A stretch of 64,000 bases of DNA from an uncultured Verrucomicrobiae bacterium (GTDB lineage Bacteria; Verrucomicrobiota; Verrucomicrobiia; Chthoniobacterales; UBA10450): the NCBI GenBank assembly GCA_963742845.1, contig CAVUNK010000008.1, forward strand, positions 709,219 through 773,218. Reading direction: 5' to 3'. This document shows positions 9,062 to 17,580 of this stretch, piece after piece (position 1 is the stretch's first letter; each line of letters opens with the position of its first letter). A program made the translations under genes and the position numbers. Below the pieces are notes generated by a model. It made no database searches. It had not been told where the DNA came from and was given only the letters and a program-made list of their open reading frames with translations.

Positions 9062-9850
9062 GGTTTCGCGACAAATTCGACATCGACCGGCTGCCCGGGA
9101 TGCAACTTCGCCGCGGTCGCCGGATCGAAAACCGCCTCGACCAGGAAGACGAGTTTTTCCCGGCTCTCGCGGCTGTAGATGACCGGCGGCGTGTACTCGG
9201 CCTGCGGCGAAATGTAACTGACCTTGCCGACGAACGGCTCGCTCACGCCATCGACCGTGACCCGCGCCGTGTCGCCAGGATGAATCAGGCCGACGCGTTT
9301 TTCGGGCACGAACGCGCGCACTTTGATGTTCGCCGGCGGCAGCAGCGCGACGATCGGTTTGCCCGGCCGGGACCAATTCGCCCTGCCGATAAAGTGTGTC
9401 GTAAACCAGCGCGGCGGCCGGCGCGATCTGCGTCATCTGCGCGAGATTCCATGCCGCCTGCGCGAGCTGCTGGCGATTTTGGTCGCGAGTAGCGCGCGCG
9501 GTATCGAGGTCCTGCGCCGCGGAAGGGCCGGCGCGGAAAAGTTGTTCCTGCCGCTTGAATGATGCTTCCGACAAGACGAGCGCGGCCTGCGCCTGATCGT
9601 GCGCCGCCTGTTCCATCGTGGGATCGAGTGCGAAGAGCAGTTGCTTCTCCGCGACCTGCTGACCGCGCTGCACCGCGAGCCGGTTGAGAATGCCGCCTAA
9701 CGGCGCACTGACGTAAACAAACTCGCCTTCGACGTAACCCTGCACCCGGTCGTCCGGCGCCTTCTGACAACCCGCCAGGAGAAAAAGCGCGATCGTTAGG
9801 CAAAGACCCGAGCGCGCCGCCAGACGGCTGAAATTGAGGAATGTCTTCAC
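9058..9850 (-). pseudogene. HlyD-family membrane fusion/periplasmic adaptor protein, one frameshift near 9362
   Basis: Lipoprotein-like N-terminus (LLAGC), a coiled-coil region and a C-terminal beta-barrel (..IHPGDTARVTVDG..YISPQAEYTPPVIYS). The frame is restored by removing one C from the CCC run at 9362-9364. Confidence 0.8.
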
Positions 9851-10503
9851 CGTTTTCCCTTCTCCGGCCGGAGCACGCCGCGCAGTACAATTCCGATCAC
9901 GCCCGCGAAAGCTTCCTTCGGCGAAAGGTGCAACTCCGCCAGCTTCGGCGGATTTATGATCGCCTGGATCGCGGCCAGGATGCTCTCGATCATGAGCGCG
10001 GCCGGGATGTCGCGGCGGACATCGCCGGAACGCTGACCGGCGCGGAACAATTCTCCGAAATGCTTCTCGATAAGTTTCGCGCGCCGCTGCTGGAGACGTT
10101 GAAATATGTGCGGGGCCTTCAGTCGCATATCGCGCACGAAGGGAGGTTTCAGTTCGGCCAGCTCCTCCTGCATCGCCCCGAGCATTGCCTGCAGGGTGTC
10201 GCCAAAATCGCCTAACGAAGTCTGCTGGGCTTCCGCGAGCCGGGCGGAAACACGGGAGAATTTATCGTTCACGACCGCCTCGAGGAGCGCGTCTTTCCCG
10301 GGGAAATGGGCGTAGAGCGTCTTCTTGCTCACCCCCAACTCGGCGGCCAGATCATCCATTGTCACGTTCCGAAAACCGTGATGAAAGAAATGTCCGCGCG
10401 CGGCTTCCAGCACCCGGCGACGCAGGGTGGCCGGCGTCCGCGCCGGGCCGGCCGGCGACGGGCTCTTCCGTTTGGGTGGCACCGCTTTCGTCGAAGCGCT
10501 CAT
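9847..10503 (-). CDS. TetR/AcrR family transcriptional regulator
   Basis: HTH region FHHGFRNVTMDDLAAELGVSKKTLYAHFPGKDAL. It is the first gene of the tetR-hlyD-ABC operon, with 4-nt overlaps between genes. Confidence 0.85.
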   Translation of the reverse strand: MSASTKAVPPKRKSPSPAGPARTPATLRRRVLEAARGHFFHHGFRNVTMDDLAAELGVSKKTLYAHFPGKDALLEAVVNDKFSRVSARLAEAQQTSLGDFGDTLQAMLGAMQEELAELKPPFVRDMRLKAPHIFQRLQQRRAKLIEKHFGELFRAGQRSGDVRRDIPAALMIESILAAIQAIINPPKLAELHLSPKEAFAGVIGIVLRGVLRPEKGKR

Positions 10504-10583
10504 AATACTGTGGAAACTAAATGAGTATCGCGAGTTTCCGACGGATTGCGAGGCCGAATCTCACTTCCACATGGACGGGGGTT

Positions 10584-10607
10584 CCGGGCCGAGGCCCGGC
10601 TTTTTTC
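10584..10607 (+). terminator. intrinsic-terminator-like hairpin CCGGGCC-GA-GGCCCGG followed by CTTTTTT (plus-strand orientation only)
   Basis: GC stem plus T6 tract read directly. No annotated plus-strand gene ends here. Confidence 0.35.
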
Positions 10608-11307
10608 AGTTTCCGTCCGCGGCTTCCGGCAGGCTGGTGTGTCGCACGGCGTAATCCTCGGCGGTCGCCACTTCGGGATTTAACCATTCGATTACCGCCG
10701 CAAAGCCGAGGCTCTCGGGATCGTGATGCAGATAATCGGGCGCGACCGCGAGCGGGAGAAAGCCCTGCTTGATCTGAAACGACAAGGTCGGATCACTTAA
10801 ATTTCCGGCCATTACTTCCAGCACGTAGCGCTCGGCGCTGAGCCGGCTGGCGTGCAGATGATAACCACAGAGCCTCGCCCCCGCGCGGGTGCGCAGAAGC
10901 CCGAGCCGCTGCACGAGCGCGCGCCGCGCCGCATAGATTTTTTTCCCGATGCCGCGGCCCTGTTCGTTAGGCCGAACCATTACCTCCGCGCCGTAGAGCG
11001 TGCGCCCAACCGGGTTGTGATTCTGGAAAGTCCCGTGGTCCGTAAAATCGCGCCAGCTCATGCTCATCTCGTAGTCGTCCCACGAGACAATCAGGCTCGC
11101 GGCCATCCCGACGACGCGGCCGCTCTCCTTCTCGACCGCGACGAATTGCCCGTCCGGGAAAACCGCGCGATGCGAAGCGAGCTGCGCGACCGACCAGGTC
11201 GGACTCGCATGATAAACCTCGCTCGTCATCTCAATGATCTGCTCGAAATCCTCCGGCCGCGTGTTGCGCACGATCACTTCTGGCCGCGGCGTTCCCGCCC
11301 CGCTCAT
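10606..11307 (-). CDS. GNAT family N-acetyltransferase
   Basis: 233 aa with the acetyl-CoA binding-like motif VRPNEQGRGIGKKIYAARRAL. It overlaps the upstream C-N hydrolase gene by 4 nt. Confidence 0.75.
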   Translation of the reverse strand: MSGAGTPRPEVIVRNTRPEDFEQIIEMTSEVYHASPTWSVAQLASHRAVFPDGQFVAVEKESGRVVGMAASLIVSWDDYEMSMSWRDFTDHGTFQNHNPVGRTLYGAEVMVRPNEQGRGIGKKIYAARRALVQRLGLLRTRAGARLCGYHLHASRLSAERYVLEVMAGNLSDPTLSFQIKQGFLPLAVAPDYLHHDPESLGFAAVIEWLNPEVATAEDYAVRHTSLPEAADGN

Positions 11308-12191
11308 AATTTCACCAGTTCCGTCTGCGCGAGCAGGTCGGCCGTCCGTTTGCTGTCGCGCAACGGCAGCACCGTGCCGGTCTCGCGACCTTCCTGAATC
11401 GTCTTCAGGTTCAGCTCACCAATCACCATCATTTCCTGGTTTGGGATTCCCTCCGCGAGAATGCCGTCGCGTGAAAAGGAGAAATCGCTCGGGGTGAGGA
11501 TCGACGCCTGGCCGTAGTTCAGCGAGACCGCGGGGACCATCGGGAGCGAGCCGACGGTGCACGATTGGATCACGTAGACCTGGTTCTCGATCGCCCGCGC
11601 GTGCGCGCAATAACGGACCCGGAGGAAACCCTGGCGATCGTCCGTGCAGCTCGGCGTGATGATGATCTGCGCGTCCTGGTGCGCGGCGGCGCGGGAGATT
11701 TCCGGGAACTCGATGTCGTAACAGATCGCGATCGCCACTTTGCCGAAATCGGTGTCGAACACCTTCAGCCGTTCGCGCGGCGAGACGTCCCATTCCTCGG
11801 ACTCGAAACGGGTCATGTGCATTTTGCCCTGCACGCCGTATTCGCCCGACGGGCTGAAGAAATGCGAGTCGTTGTAGATCTTATCGCGGGCTTCGTCGAA
11901 GACCGGGATCGTGCCCGCGACGATGTAAATCTTATGGTCGCGGGCGAGTTGCGAGAAGAGCTCGAGATAGCGCGGCACCTGGCGGGCGAGATCGATGATC
12001 TGCTGCCGGATCGGCCGGCGCACGTCGCCGAGGGTGAGCAGCTGGACGGTGAAATATTCCGGAAAAACCAGCAGGTGCGCCTTGTAATCCGCGGCCGTCT
12101 CGACCAGCGCACTGACCTGATCGCGAAACTGCTCAAAGGTCTGCACCGGCCGGATGAAGTACTGGAGGGTAGCGACGCGAATGCGATCCAT
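11304..12191 (-). CDS. carbon-nitrogen hydrolase (nitrilase superfamily) protein
   Basis: 295 aa with the catalytic triad context (..LLVFPEYF.., ..MHMTRFE.., ..AIAICYDIEFPE..). Confidence 0.85.
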   Translation of the reverse strand: MDRIRVATLQYFIRPVQTFEQFRDQVSALVETAADYKAHLLVFPEYFTVQLLTLGDVRRPIRQQIIDLARQVPRYLELFSQLARDHKIYIVAGTIPVFDEARDKIYNDSHFFSPSGEYGVQGKMHMTRFESEEWDVSPRERLKVFDTDFGKVAIAICYDIEFPEISRAAAHQDAQIIITPSCTDDRQGFLRVRYCAHARAIENQVYVIQSCTVGSLPMVPAVSLNYGQASILTPSDFSFSRDGILAEGIPNQEMMVIGELNLKTIQEGRETGTVLPLRDSKRTADLLAQTELVKL

Positions 12192-12319
12192 CTCTTTCCC
12201 TCGCAGAAGATTATGCGGGCGGCAATCGCCCGTGGCGCTTTTTCGGCCGAGTCGTTAGGCGCGAGGCGGCTCTCGCAGTCGGCAAGCCGGCTTTGCTCCC
12301 CGCAGTTTGCTGCGGCGGC

Positions 12320-12568
12320 TTACTCTCTGATCTGCTCGAGCTGTTGCTCGGGATCCCAGTTTGCCGGCTCCGGTTGCTGAGAAGACCAGGGCAATCCCTC
12401 GGCGCGCCAGAACTCGCGCCATTGTTCGTAGGTGAAGCCGCGATCGTCATCGGTCACGCCAAATTGAAAACCACAGCTCGGACAGATCTCAAACGAGCCG
12501 CCGCCTGCAGAAGTGCGCGGCTTCTCTTCGAGGCCAGGATATCCACACACGGGACAACGATGATTCAT
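12320..12568 (-). CDS. small zinc-ribbon protein (two CxxC pairs)
   Basis: 82 aa: MNHRCPVCGY...FEICPSCGF. It lies 1 nt downstream of 12570..13031 on the same strand. Confidence 0.5.
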   Translation of the reverse strand: MNHRCPVCGYPGLEEKPRTSAGGGSFEICPSCGFQFGVTDDDRGFTYEQWREFWRAEGLPWSSQQPEPANWDPEQQLEQIRE

Positions 12569-12569
12569 C

Positions 12570-13031
12570 CTATCTTCCGCTCCTCAGGTCGATTGTGCGT
12601 CCCGGTTGTCGCGCAAAATAGCTGGCGCTGCCAGGCTTGAAGAAGGTCTTGGTCGTGCCGTCCGAGTTATAAGCGCCGAACGCGCCGGTGCGGGAATCGT
12701 AAACGCGCACCGTCCCGTCGCCGTCGATTTTTGCGGGTAGCCCTTCGCTTCGGGCGCGGTCCAGAAGCTGCGCGGCGAGCGCGGCGTATTCCTGCGCGTC
12801 CCGGGCTCCGAAATCCGAGCCGTGCCGCGCGAAATGATCCGCCAGCGTTCGGGGATTTCCCCAAGTCTGCGCTCTGGCGGCGGGTGGGACCGATGCAGCC
12901 CGCGCCGTCGGGGTCGCGCGGGCGGGAATGCTCTCGCCGGTGAGAAATGCATAACCGAAAAACGCGACGAGATAGAGCGCGATGATCCCGGCGGCGCCGA
13001 GGACCAGAAACCGAAGAGCGCGCCCCGCCAT
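12570..13031 (-). CDS. membrane-anchored protein with a possible nuclease-toxin-like C-terminal domain (unverified)
   Basis: 153 aa with an N-terminal TM helix (FLVLGAAGIIALYLVAFFGYAFL). The C-terminus reads LADHFARHGSDFGARDAQEYAALAAQLL...DGTTKTFFKP..YF. Confidence 0.45.
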   Translation of the reverse strand: MAGRALRFLVLGAAGIIALYLVAFFGYAFLTGESIPARATPTARAASVPPAARAQTWGNPRTLADHFARHGSDFGARDAQEYAALAAQLLDRARSEGLPAKIDGDGTVRVYDSRTGAFGAYNSDGTTKTFFKPGSASYFARQPGRTIDLRSGR

Positions 13032-13046
13032 GACCCTGCCTAACGA

Positions 13047-14885
13047 CTAAGCGCGCCGCTCTTTGATCGCGGCGAGGAGGTCGGCGATCACTTCATCCTT
13101 CGGCTTGGCGCCGAGATTGCCCTGGCCGTGGACGCGGACGCTGACGGCGTTCGCTTCCATGTCGCGGCCGCCGATCACGAGCATGGTGTGGACTTTCATC
13201 TGCTCGGCGCTGGCGATTTTGGCTTTGATGTGGTCGTTGCTCGCGTCGAGCTCGGCGCGAACTTCGTGGGCGCGGAGTTCCTGTTGAATCGCGCGCGCAT
13301 ATTCCACGAGCGGCGCTTCGTCGCCGATCGGGAGGATGCGGACCTGCTCGGGCGCGAGCCAGAGCGGGAAATTGCCGGCATAATGCTCGATCAGGAAGCC
13401 GATGAAACGCTCGTGCGTGCCGAGCGGGGCGCGGTGAATGCAGAGCGGGGTTTTCTCGGTGTTGTCCTTATCTTTGTAGACGAGGCCAAAACGTTCTGGG
13501 ACGGCGAAGTCGACTTGGTTGGTCGCGATCGTGAACTCCCGGCCAATCGCGCTCCAGACCTGGACATCGATCTTCGGGCCGTAAAAGGCGGCCTCGTTAG
13601 GCACTTCCACATAGTTGATCCCGCTGCGCTGGAGAACGCCGCGGACCATTGCTTCGGTCTTGAGCCAGAGCGGAGAGTTATCGACGAACTTCTGTCCTAA
13701 CTTAGCCGGATCATGGGTGGAGAAGCGCATAACGTATTTCTCGATCCCGAAGATCTTGAAATACTTGAGATACATCTCATTGACCGCTTTGAATTCGGCC
13801 TCGAACTGCTCCTCGGTGCAATAGATATGAGCGTCGTTCATCTGCAGCGAACGAACGCGCATGAGTCCGAAAAGCTCGCCGGATTGTTCGTAGCGATAAT
13901 TAGTCCCATATTCCGCAAGTCTTAGCGGCAGGTCGCGGTAACTATGCGGCACCGCGGCAAAGAGCTTGTGGTGATGCGGGCAGTTCATCGCCTTGAGGTA
14001 ATACTTATCCCCGGCACCAACTTCTTCGTCGTGGTCATGTAACTCCATCGGCGGGAACATGGAGTCGGCGTAGTAGGGGAGGTGCCCGCTGGTTTCGTAA
14101 AGCTTTGCCCGCGCAATGTGCGGGGTGCGGACGCGCTGGTAGCCGGCGGCGAATTCGGTTTCCTTCGCTAACTTCTCCAGCTCTTCGATGATCGCGGCGC
14201 CGCGCGGGAGCCATAAGGGCAGGCCGGGACCGACGTCGTCGTCGAAGGTGAAAAGTTGTAACTCTTTCCCAAGCTTTCGGTGGTCGCGCTTCTTCGCTTC
14301 TTCCAGCATGGCGAAGTATTCGTCGAGCTGGGTTTTGTTCTTGAAGGCGGTGCCGTAGATGCGCTGGAGCTGCGGGTTCTTCTCGTCGCCTTTGTAGTAG
14401 GCACTGGCTACGTTCGTTAGGCGGAAGGCGCCGATGTTGCCGGTGCGCATGACGTGCGGGCCGGCGCAGAGATCGGTGAATTCGCCGTTGCGATAGAGCG
14501 TGATCTTTTCGTCCTCGGGAATGTTCTCGACGATATCGAGCTTGAACTTGCTCGCCTCGGGGCGCGGCCCGAGTGCGGCGAGCTCGCCGGCGTGGGCGAG
14601 GGCGAGCGCTTCGGCGCGGGTCACTTCCACGCGCTCGAAGGGCTTGTTCGCCTTGATCTCTTTTTTCATCTCGGCCTCGATTTTCTCGAAGTCTTCGGGC
14701 GAGATGCGGTGCGGCAGTTCGACGTCGTAATAGAAGCCGTTCTCGACCGGCGGGCCGGCAGCGAACTGCGCTTCGGGCCAGATCCGAAGAATGGCGGTGG
14801 CGAGGACGTGGGCGGCGGAATGGCGAAGCCGTTCCAGGTCGGTCATCTGGGCGCGCTGCTCGAGGGTTTTGCGTTCTTCGGCCAT
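13047..14885 (-). CDS. thrS: threonine--tRNA ligase (lacks N-terminal TGS domain)
   Basis: RHSAAHVLA editing-domain motif, class II motifs (..YRYEQSGEL.GL.RVR.., ..FYGPKID..) and an anticodon-binding C-terminus. The ATG at 14885 was chosen. Confidence 0.95.
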   Translation of the reverse strand: MAEERKTLEQRAQMTDLERLRHSAAHVLATAILRIWPEAQFAAGPPVENGFYYDVELPHRISPEDFEKIEAEMKKEIKANKPFERVEVTRAEALALAHAGELAALGPRPEASKFKLDIVENIPEDEKITLYRNGEFTDLCAGPHVMRTGNIGAFRLTNVASAYYKGDEKNPQLQRIYGTAFKNKTQLDEYFAMLEEAKKRDHRKLGKELQLFTFDDDVGPGLPLWLPRGAAIIEELEKLAKETEFAAGYQRVRTPHIARAKLYETSGHLPYYADSMFPPMELHDHDEEVGAGDKYYLKAMNCPHHHKLFAAVPHSYRDLPLRLAEYGTNYRYEQSGELFGLMRVRSLQMNDAHIYCTEEQFEAEFKAVNEMYLKYFKIFGIEKYVMRFSTHDPAKLGQKFVDNSPLWLKTEAMVRGVLQRSGINYVEVPNEAAFYGPKIDVQVWSAIGREFTIATNQVDFAVPERFGLVYKDKDNTEKTPLCIHRAPLGTHERFIGFLIEHYAGNFPLWLAPEQVRILPIGDEAPLVEYARAIQQELRAHEVRAELDASNDHIKAKIASAEQMKVHTMLVIGGRDMEANAVSVRVHGQGNLGAKPKDEVIADLLAAIKERRA

Positions 14886-15055
14886 GGGGCGGTCAATTAA
14901 CCACCCGGTAGCGGAAAAGAAACGCGGTTTTTGCGCGCACATGGAGGGACGGGCTCTGTCCCGTCCATGGCGATGACGCCGCTTAACGGAAGCGACGACG
15001 CGAGATCGTCGCCGGAATGACCGACGGGGACGACACGGCGGTCGTCCCTCAAAGG

Positions 15056-15370
15056 TTAGCCGCGTTTGCTGAAGATCTTGATCTCCTCAGCGGCTTTCTG
15101 CAGGCCGTCGAGGGTTTCCAGCGCCATCTCCTGTTTCTTGATCGTGTCGGCGTTGGTCGCTTGCATCGCCTGCAAGAGCTGGATCGTGTTTTTCCTCGCA
15201 GCCGCCTCCTCAGCGTCAGCAGCCGCGGGAGCGGCGGGGCGGGCCAGGGTGGGCGCCTGCGCGGGCGCGTTGGCGGCCTGCATCACGACGGGCGCGGGAG
15301 CCTGGCCATGGAGTGAACTGAGCGCGCACGCGCCGAGCGCGAGCGGGAGCAAAAGATAACGTGCTTTCAT
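15056..15370 (-). CDS. small secreted protein (104 aa), paralogue of 15372..15596
   Basis: Signal peptide MKARYLLLPLALGACALSSLHG and C-terminus TIQLLQAMQATNADTIKKQEMALETLDGLQKAAEEIKIFSKRG. Confidence 0.55.
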   Translation of the reverse strand: MKARYLLLPLALGACALSSLHGQAPAPVVMQAANAPAQAPTLARPAAPAAADAEEAAARKNTIQLLQAMQATNADTIKKQEMALETLDGLQKAAEEIKIFSKRG

Positions 15371-15371
15371 T

Positions 15372-15596
15372 TTAGCGGCCTCCCCGGCTGGAATAGATTT
15401 TCGCGACCCGGATCGCTTCCGCGAGGGTGACGAGCTTGGCGTCGATCTTCGCCTGGTTCGCCGCGAGCTGGGTTTGCTGGTCCTGCACGGCTTTGAGCAG
15501 GGCTTCGATTTGTTTCTGGTCGGTCGGCGCGAGCGATTGCGCGCCGAGCGAGGTGGCGAAAAGGGCACACAGGCCGAGCAGGGTGATCTTTTTCAT
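15372..15596 (-). CDS. small secreted protein (74 aa), paralogue of 15056..15370
   Basis: Signal peptide MKKITLLGLCALFATSLGA and C-terminus IEALLKAVQDQQTQLAANQAKIDAKLVTLAEAIRVAKIYSSRGGR, which aligns with its neighbour. Confidence 0.55.
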   Translation of the reverse strand: MKKITLLGLCALFATSLGAQSLAPTDQKQIEALLKAVQDQQTQLAANQAKIDAKLVTLAEAIRVAKIYSSRGGR

Positions 15597-15726
15597 ATGG
15601 GCAAAGGAGTTCTCTCCACCGGATGAAAGCAAGTCACGTTCCTCCGGAGAAGGGAGGTGCCCGCGGCTCGAAATTTGCTTGCGAGCAGGGAGGCCACTGA
15701 TACCCTCAGGCGTGGCCGGCCCGGGA

Positions 15727-17130
15727 ATGTTCCAATCGCAGAATCTATCGCTCCAGCAGGTTCTTGCGCCCCAGCTCCAGCAGAGCCTGCTCATTCTCCA
15801 AGCCCCTCTCCTCGAGCTGCGCAACCTCGTGCAGCAGGAGATGGAAACGAATCCCGTCCTCGAGGAACTGGCCGATCCGACCGATGAGGAGCGCCAGGTT
15901 TCCGAGAGCGAGCCGGAAAAGGACGACTTCAAGGAGGAGTTCGACGCGCTCGCGAAGCTCGACGACGAGTGGCGCGATTACATGGCGCAATCGGGCAGCT
16001 TCAGCGGCCGCTCGAAGGAAGAGGAAGACAAACGCCAGTTTTTCTTCGATTCCATCGCGACCCAGGAAACGCTCCAGCAGCATCTCGTCGCGCAGCTCAA
16101 CCAGACCGCGCTCAGCGGCGACGATCGCAAGACCGCGGAGCTGATCATCGGCAACATCGACGACAACGGTTTCCTCCAGACCACGCCGGAGGACATGTCG
16201 ATGAACACCGGCATCCCGCAGGAAGATTTCGAGCTCATGCTCACGCTCATCCAGAGCTTTTATCCGCCGGGCGTGGGCGCGCGAGATTTGCGCGAGTGCC
16301 TGCTCATTCAACTCAAGCGCGAAGGGCGGCAGACGAGCCTGGAATACCGGATCATTTCCGATCACATGGAGGACCTCGGGAAAAGGCGTTTCCCCGAGAT
16401 CGCGCGCCGGATCGGGATCGGCGCCGAGCAGGTCCAGAAATGCGCGAACAACATCGCGCAACTCGATCCGCGGCCGGGCGCGATTTTTGCCGAGTCGCCG
16501 CAGAATTATGTCCTCCCCGATGTCACCGTGGAAAAAATCCAAGGCGTCTACCAGATCATCCTGAATGGCGAACAGATCCCGCACCTGCGGATCAGCAACA
16601 CCTACAAGGACATCATGTCGCAGGATGGCAGCGGCGGCGAAGTGAAGGATTACATCCGCGACAAGATCCGGAGCGGTAAATTCCTCATCAAATCGATCCA
16701 CCAGCGCCAGCAGACGATCTCGAACATCGCGCACCAGATCGTCGACCGGCAGAAGGAATTTCTCGAGAGCGGCCCGGCGCAGCTCAAGCCGATGACGATG
16801 GTGCAGATCGCCGATGCGGTCGGCGTGCACGAGACCACGGTGAGCCGCGCGATTTCCGGCAAATACATCTCCACGCCGCAGGGTGTTTTTGAGATGAAAT
16901 ATTTTTTCACGCCCGGCTACCAAACCGCCGGTGGCGAGTCGGTCAGCAACACGAGCGTCAAAGGGGCGATTATGGAGCTAGTGAAAAACGAATCCGGCGC
17001 AGCGCCCTTGAGCGACAAGGAGATCGTCGAGATCCTCGGCCAGCGCGGCATCCCGATCGCCCGTCGCACGGTCGCGAAATACCGGACCGAGCTGAACATT
17101 CTGCCGAGCAACATGCGGCGGAAATACTAA
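15727..17130 (+). CDS. rpoN: RNA polymerase sigma-54 factor
   Basis: MFQSQNLSLQQVLAPQLQQSLLILQ (region I), the C-terminal HTH and the RpoN box ARRTVAKYR. The ATG at 15727 was chosen. Confidence 0.95.
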   Translation: MFQSQNLSLQQVLAPQLQQSLLILQAPLLELRNLVQQEMETNPVLEELADPTDEERQVSESEPEKDDFKEEFDALAKLDDEWRDYMAQSGSFSGRSKEEEDKRQFFFDSIATQETLQQHLVAQLNQTALSGDDRKTAELIIGNIDDNGFLQTTPEDMSMNTGIPQEDFELMLTLIQSFYPPGVGARDLRECLLIQLKREGRQTSLEYRIISDHMEDLGKRRFPEIARRIGIGAEQVQKCANNIAQLDPRPGAIFAESPQNYVLPDVTVEKIQGVYQIILNGEQIPHLRISNTYKDIMSQDGSGGEVKDYIRDKIRSGKFLIKSIHQRQQTISNIAHQIVDRQKEFLESGPAQLKPMTMVQIADAVGVHETTVSRAISGKYISTPQGVFEMKYFFTPGYQTAGGESVSNTSVKGAIMELVKNESGAAPLSDKEIVEILGQRGIPIARRTVAKYRTELNILPSNMRRKY

Positions 17131-17154
17131 GAAGAAGCTGAAACGCTGAAAAAA

Positions 17155-17201
17155 CTGAAACGCTGAGATTATTTCAGCCTTTTAGAATCTCAGCGTTTTA
17201 G
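17155..17201 (+). terminator. hairpin downstream of rpoN (13-bp perfect stem AAACGCTGAGATT / AATCTCAGCGTTT) followed by a T-rich tail
   Basis: Stem arms at 17158-17170 and 17186-17198 with a 15-nt loop, followed by TTTTAGCATTTTG. Confidence 0.5.
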
Positions 17202-17213
17202 CATTTTGCTTCC

Positions 17214-17573
17214 ATGAATCCCTCATTGCGCCGCAGGGTCATCGCCGAGTGGCGCGGTTTGCCTTCCGATTCGCCCGCACCCGATCGCGCGCAGGCGGTC
17301 TCGAGTCTGATCCCTGGCGTGATGCAAAAGCTCGGCCTCAAAGAGCGCCTGCAGGAAAGCGAAGTCCGTGGCGCGTGGAAGGCGTTGGTGGGCGATTTCA
17401 TCGCGGCGCACTCCGCGCCGATTTCGCTCCGCGACGGCGTGCTCTACGTGCACGTCCTGCAACCGGCGCTGCACTACGAACTGGAGCGAATCACCAAACC
17501 GCAGATCCTGCGGAAGCTAAAACAACGCTTCGGCGCTCGCGTCATCCGCGACCTGCGTTTCCGCCTCGGATAA
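17214..17573 (+). CDS. DUF721 (DciA-like) protein
   Basis: 119 aa. The pattern ..VRGAWKALVGDFIAAHSAPISLRDGVLYVHVLQPALHYELERITKPQILRKL.. is typical of DUF721. Confidence 0.7.
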   Translation: MNPSLRRRVIAEWRGLPSDSPAPDRAQAVSSLIPGVMQKLGLKERLQESEVRGAWKALVGDFIAAHSAPISLRDGVLYVHVLQPALHYELERITKPQILRKLKQRFGARVIRDLRFRLG

Positions 17574-17580
17574 GCCCGCC

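Noticed and set aside
14886-15055. T-box or other known riboswitch upstream of thrS.
   Set aside because: The region is too short and no specifier-loop or T-box consensus is recognisable. It is kept only as unexplained hairpins.
15745-16923. Long ORFs antisense to well-supported genes: this 392-aa ORF opposite rpoN, and also 18101..19048, 20094..21530, 28934..29977, 31540..32511, 42890..44173, 46769..48040, 47764..48924, 57613..58875 and 58972..59910.
   Set aside because: Their translations are Arg/Ala/Gly/Pro-rich and low in complexity, with no recognisable motifs. The opposite strand encodes clearly conserved proteins. Such shadow ORFs are expected in high-GC DNA.
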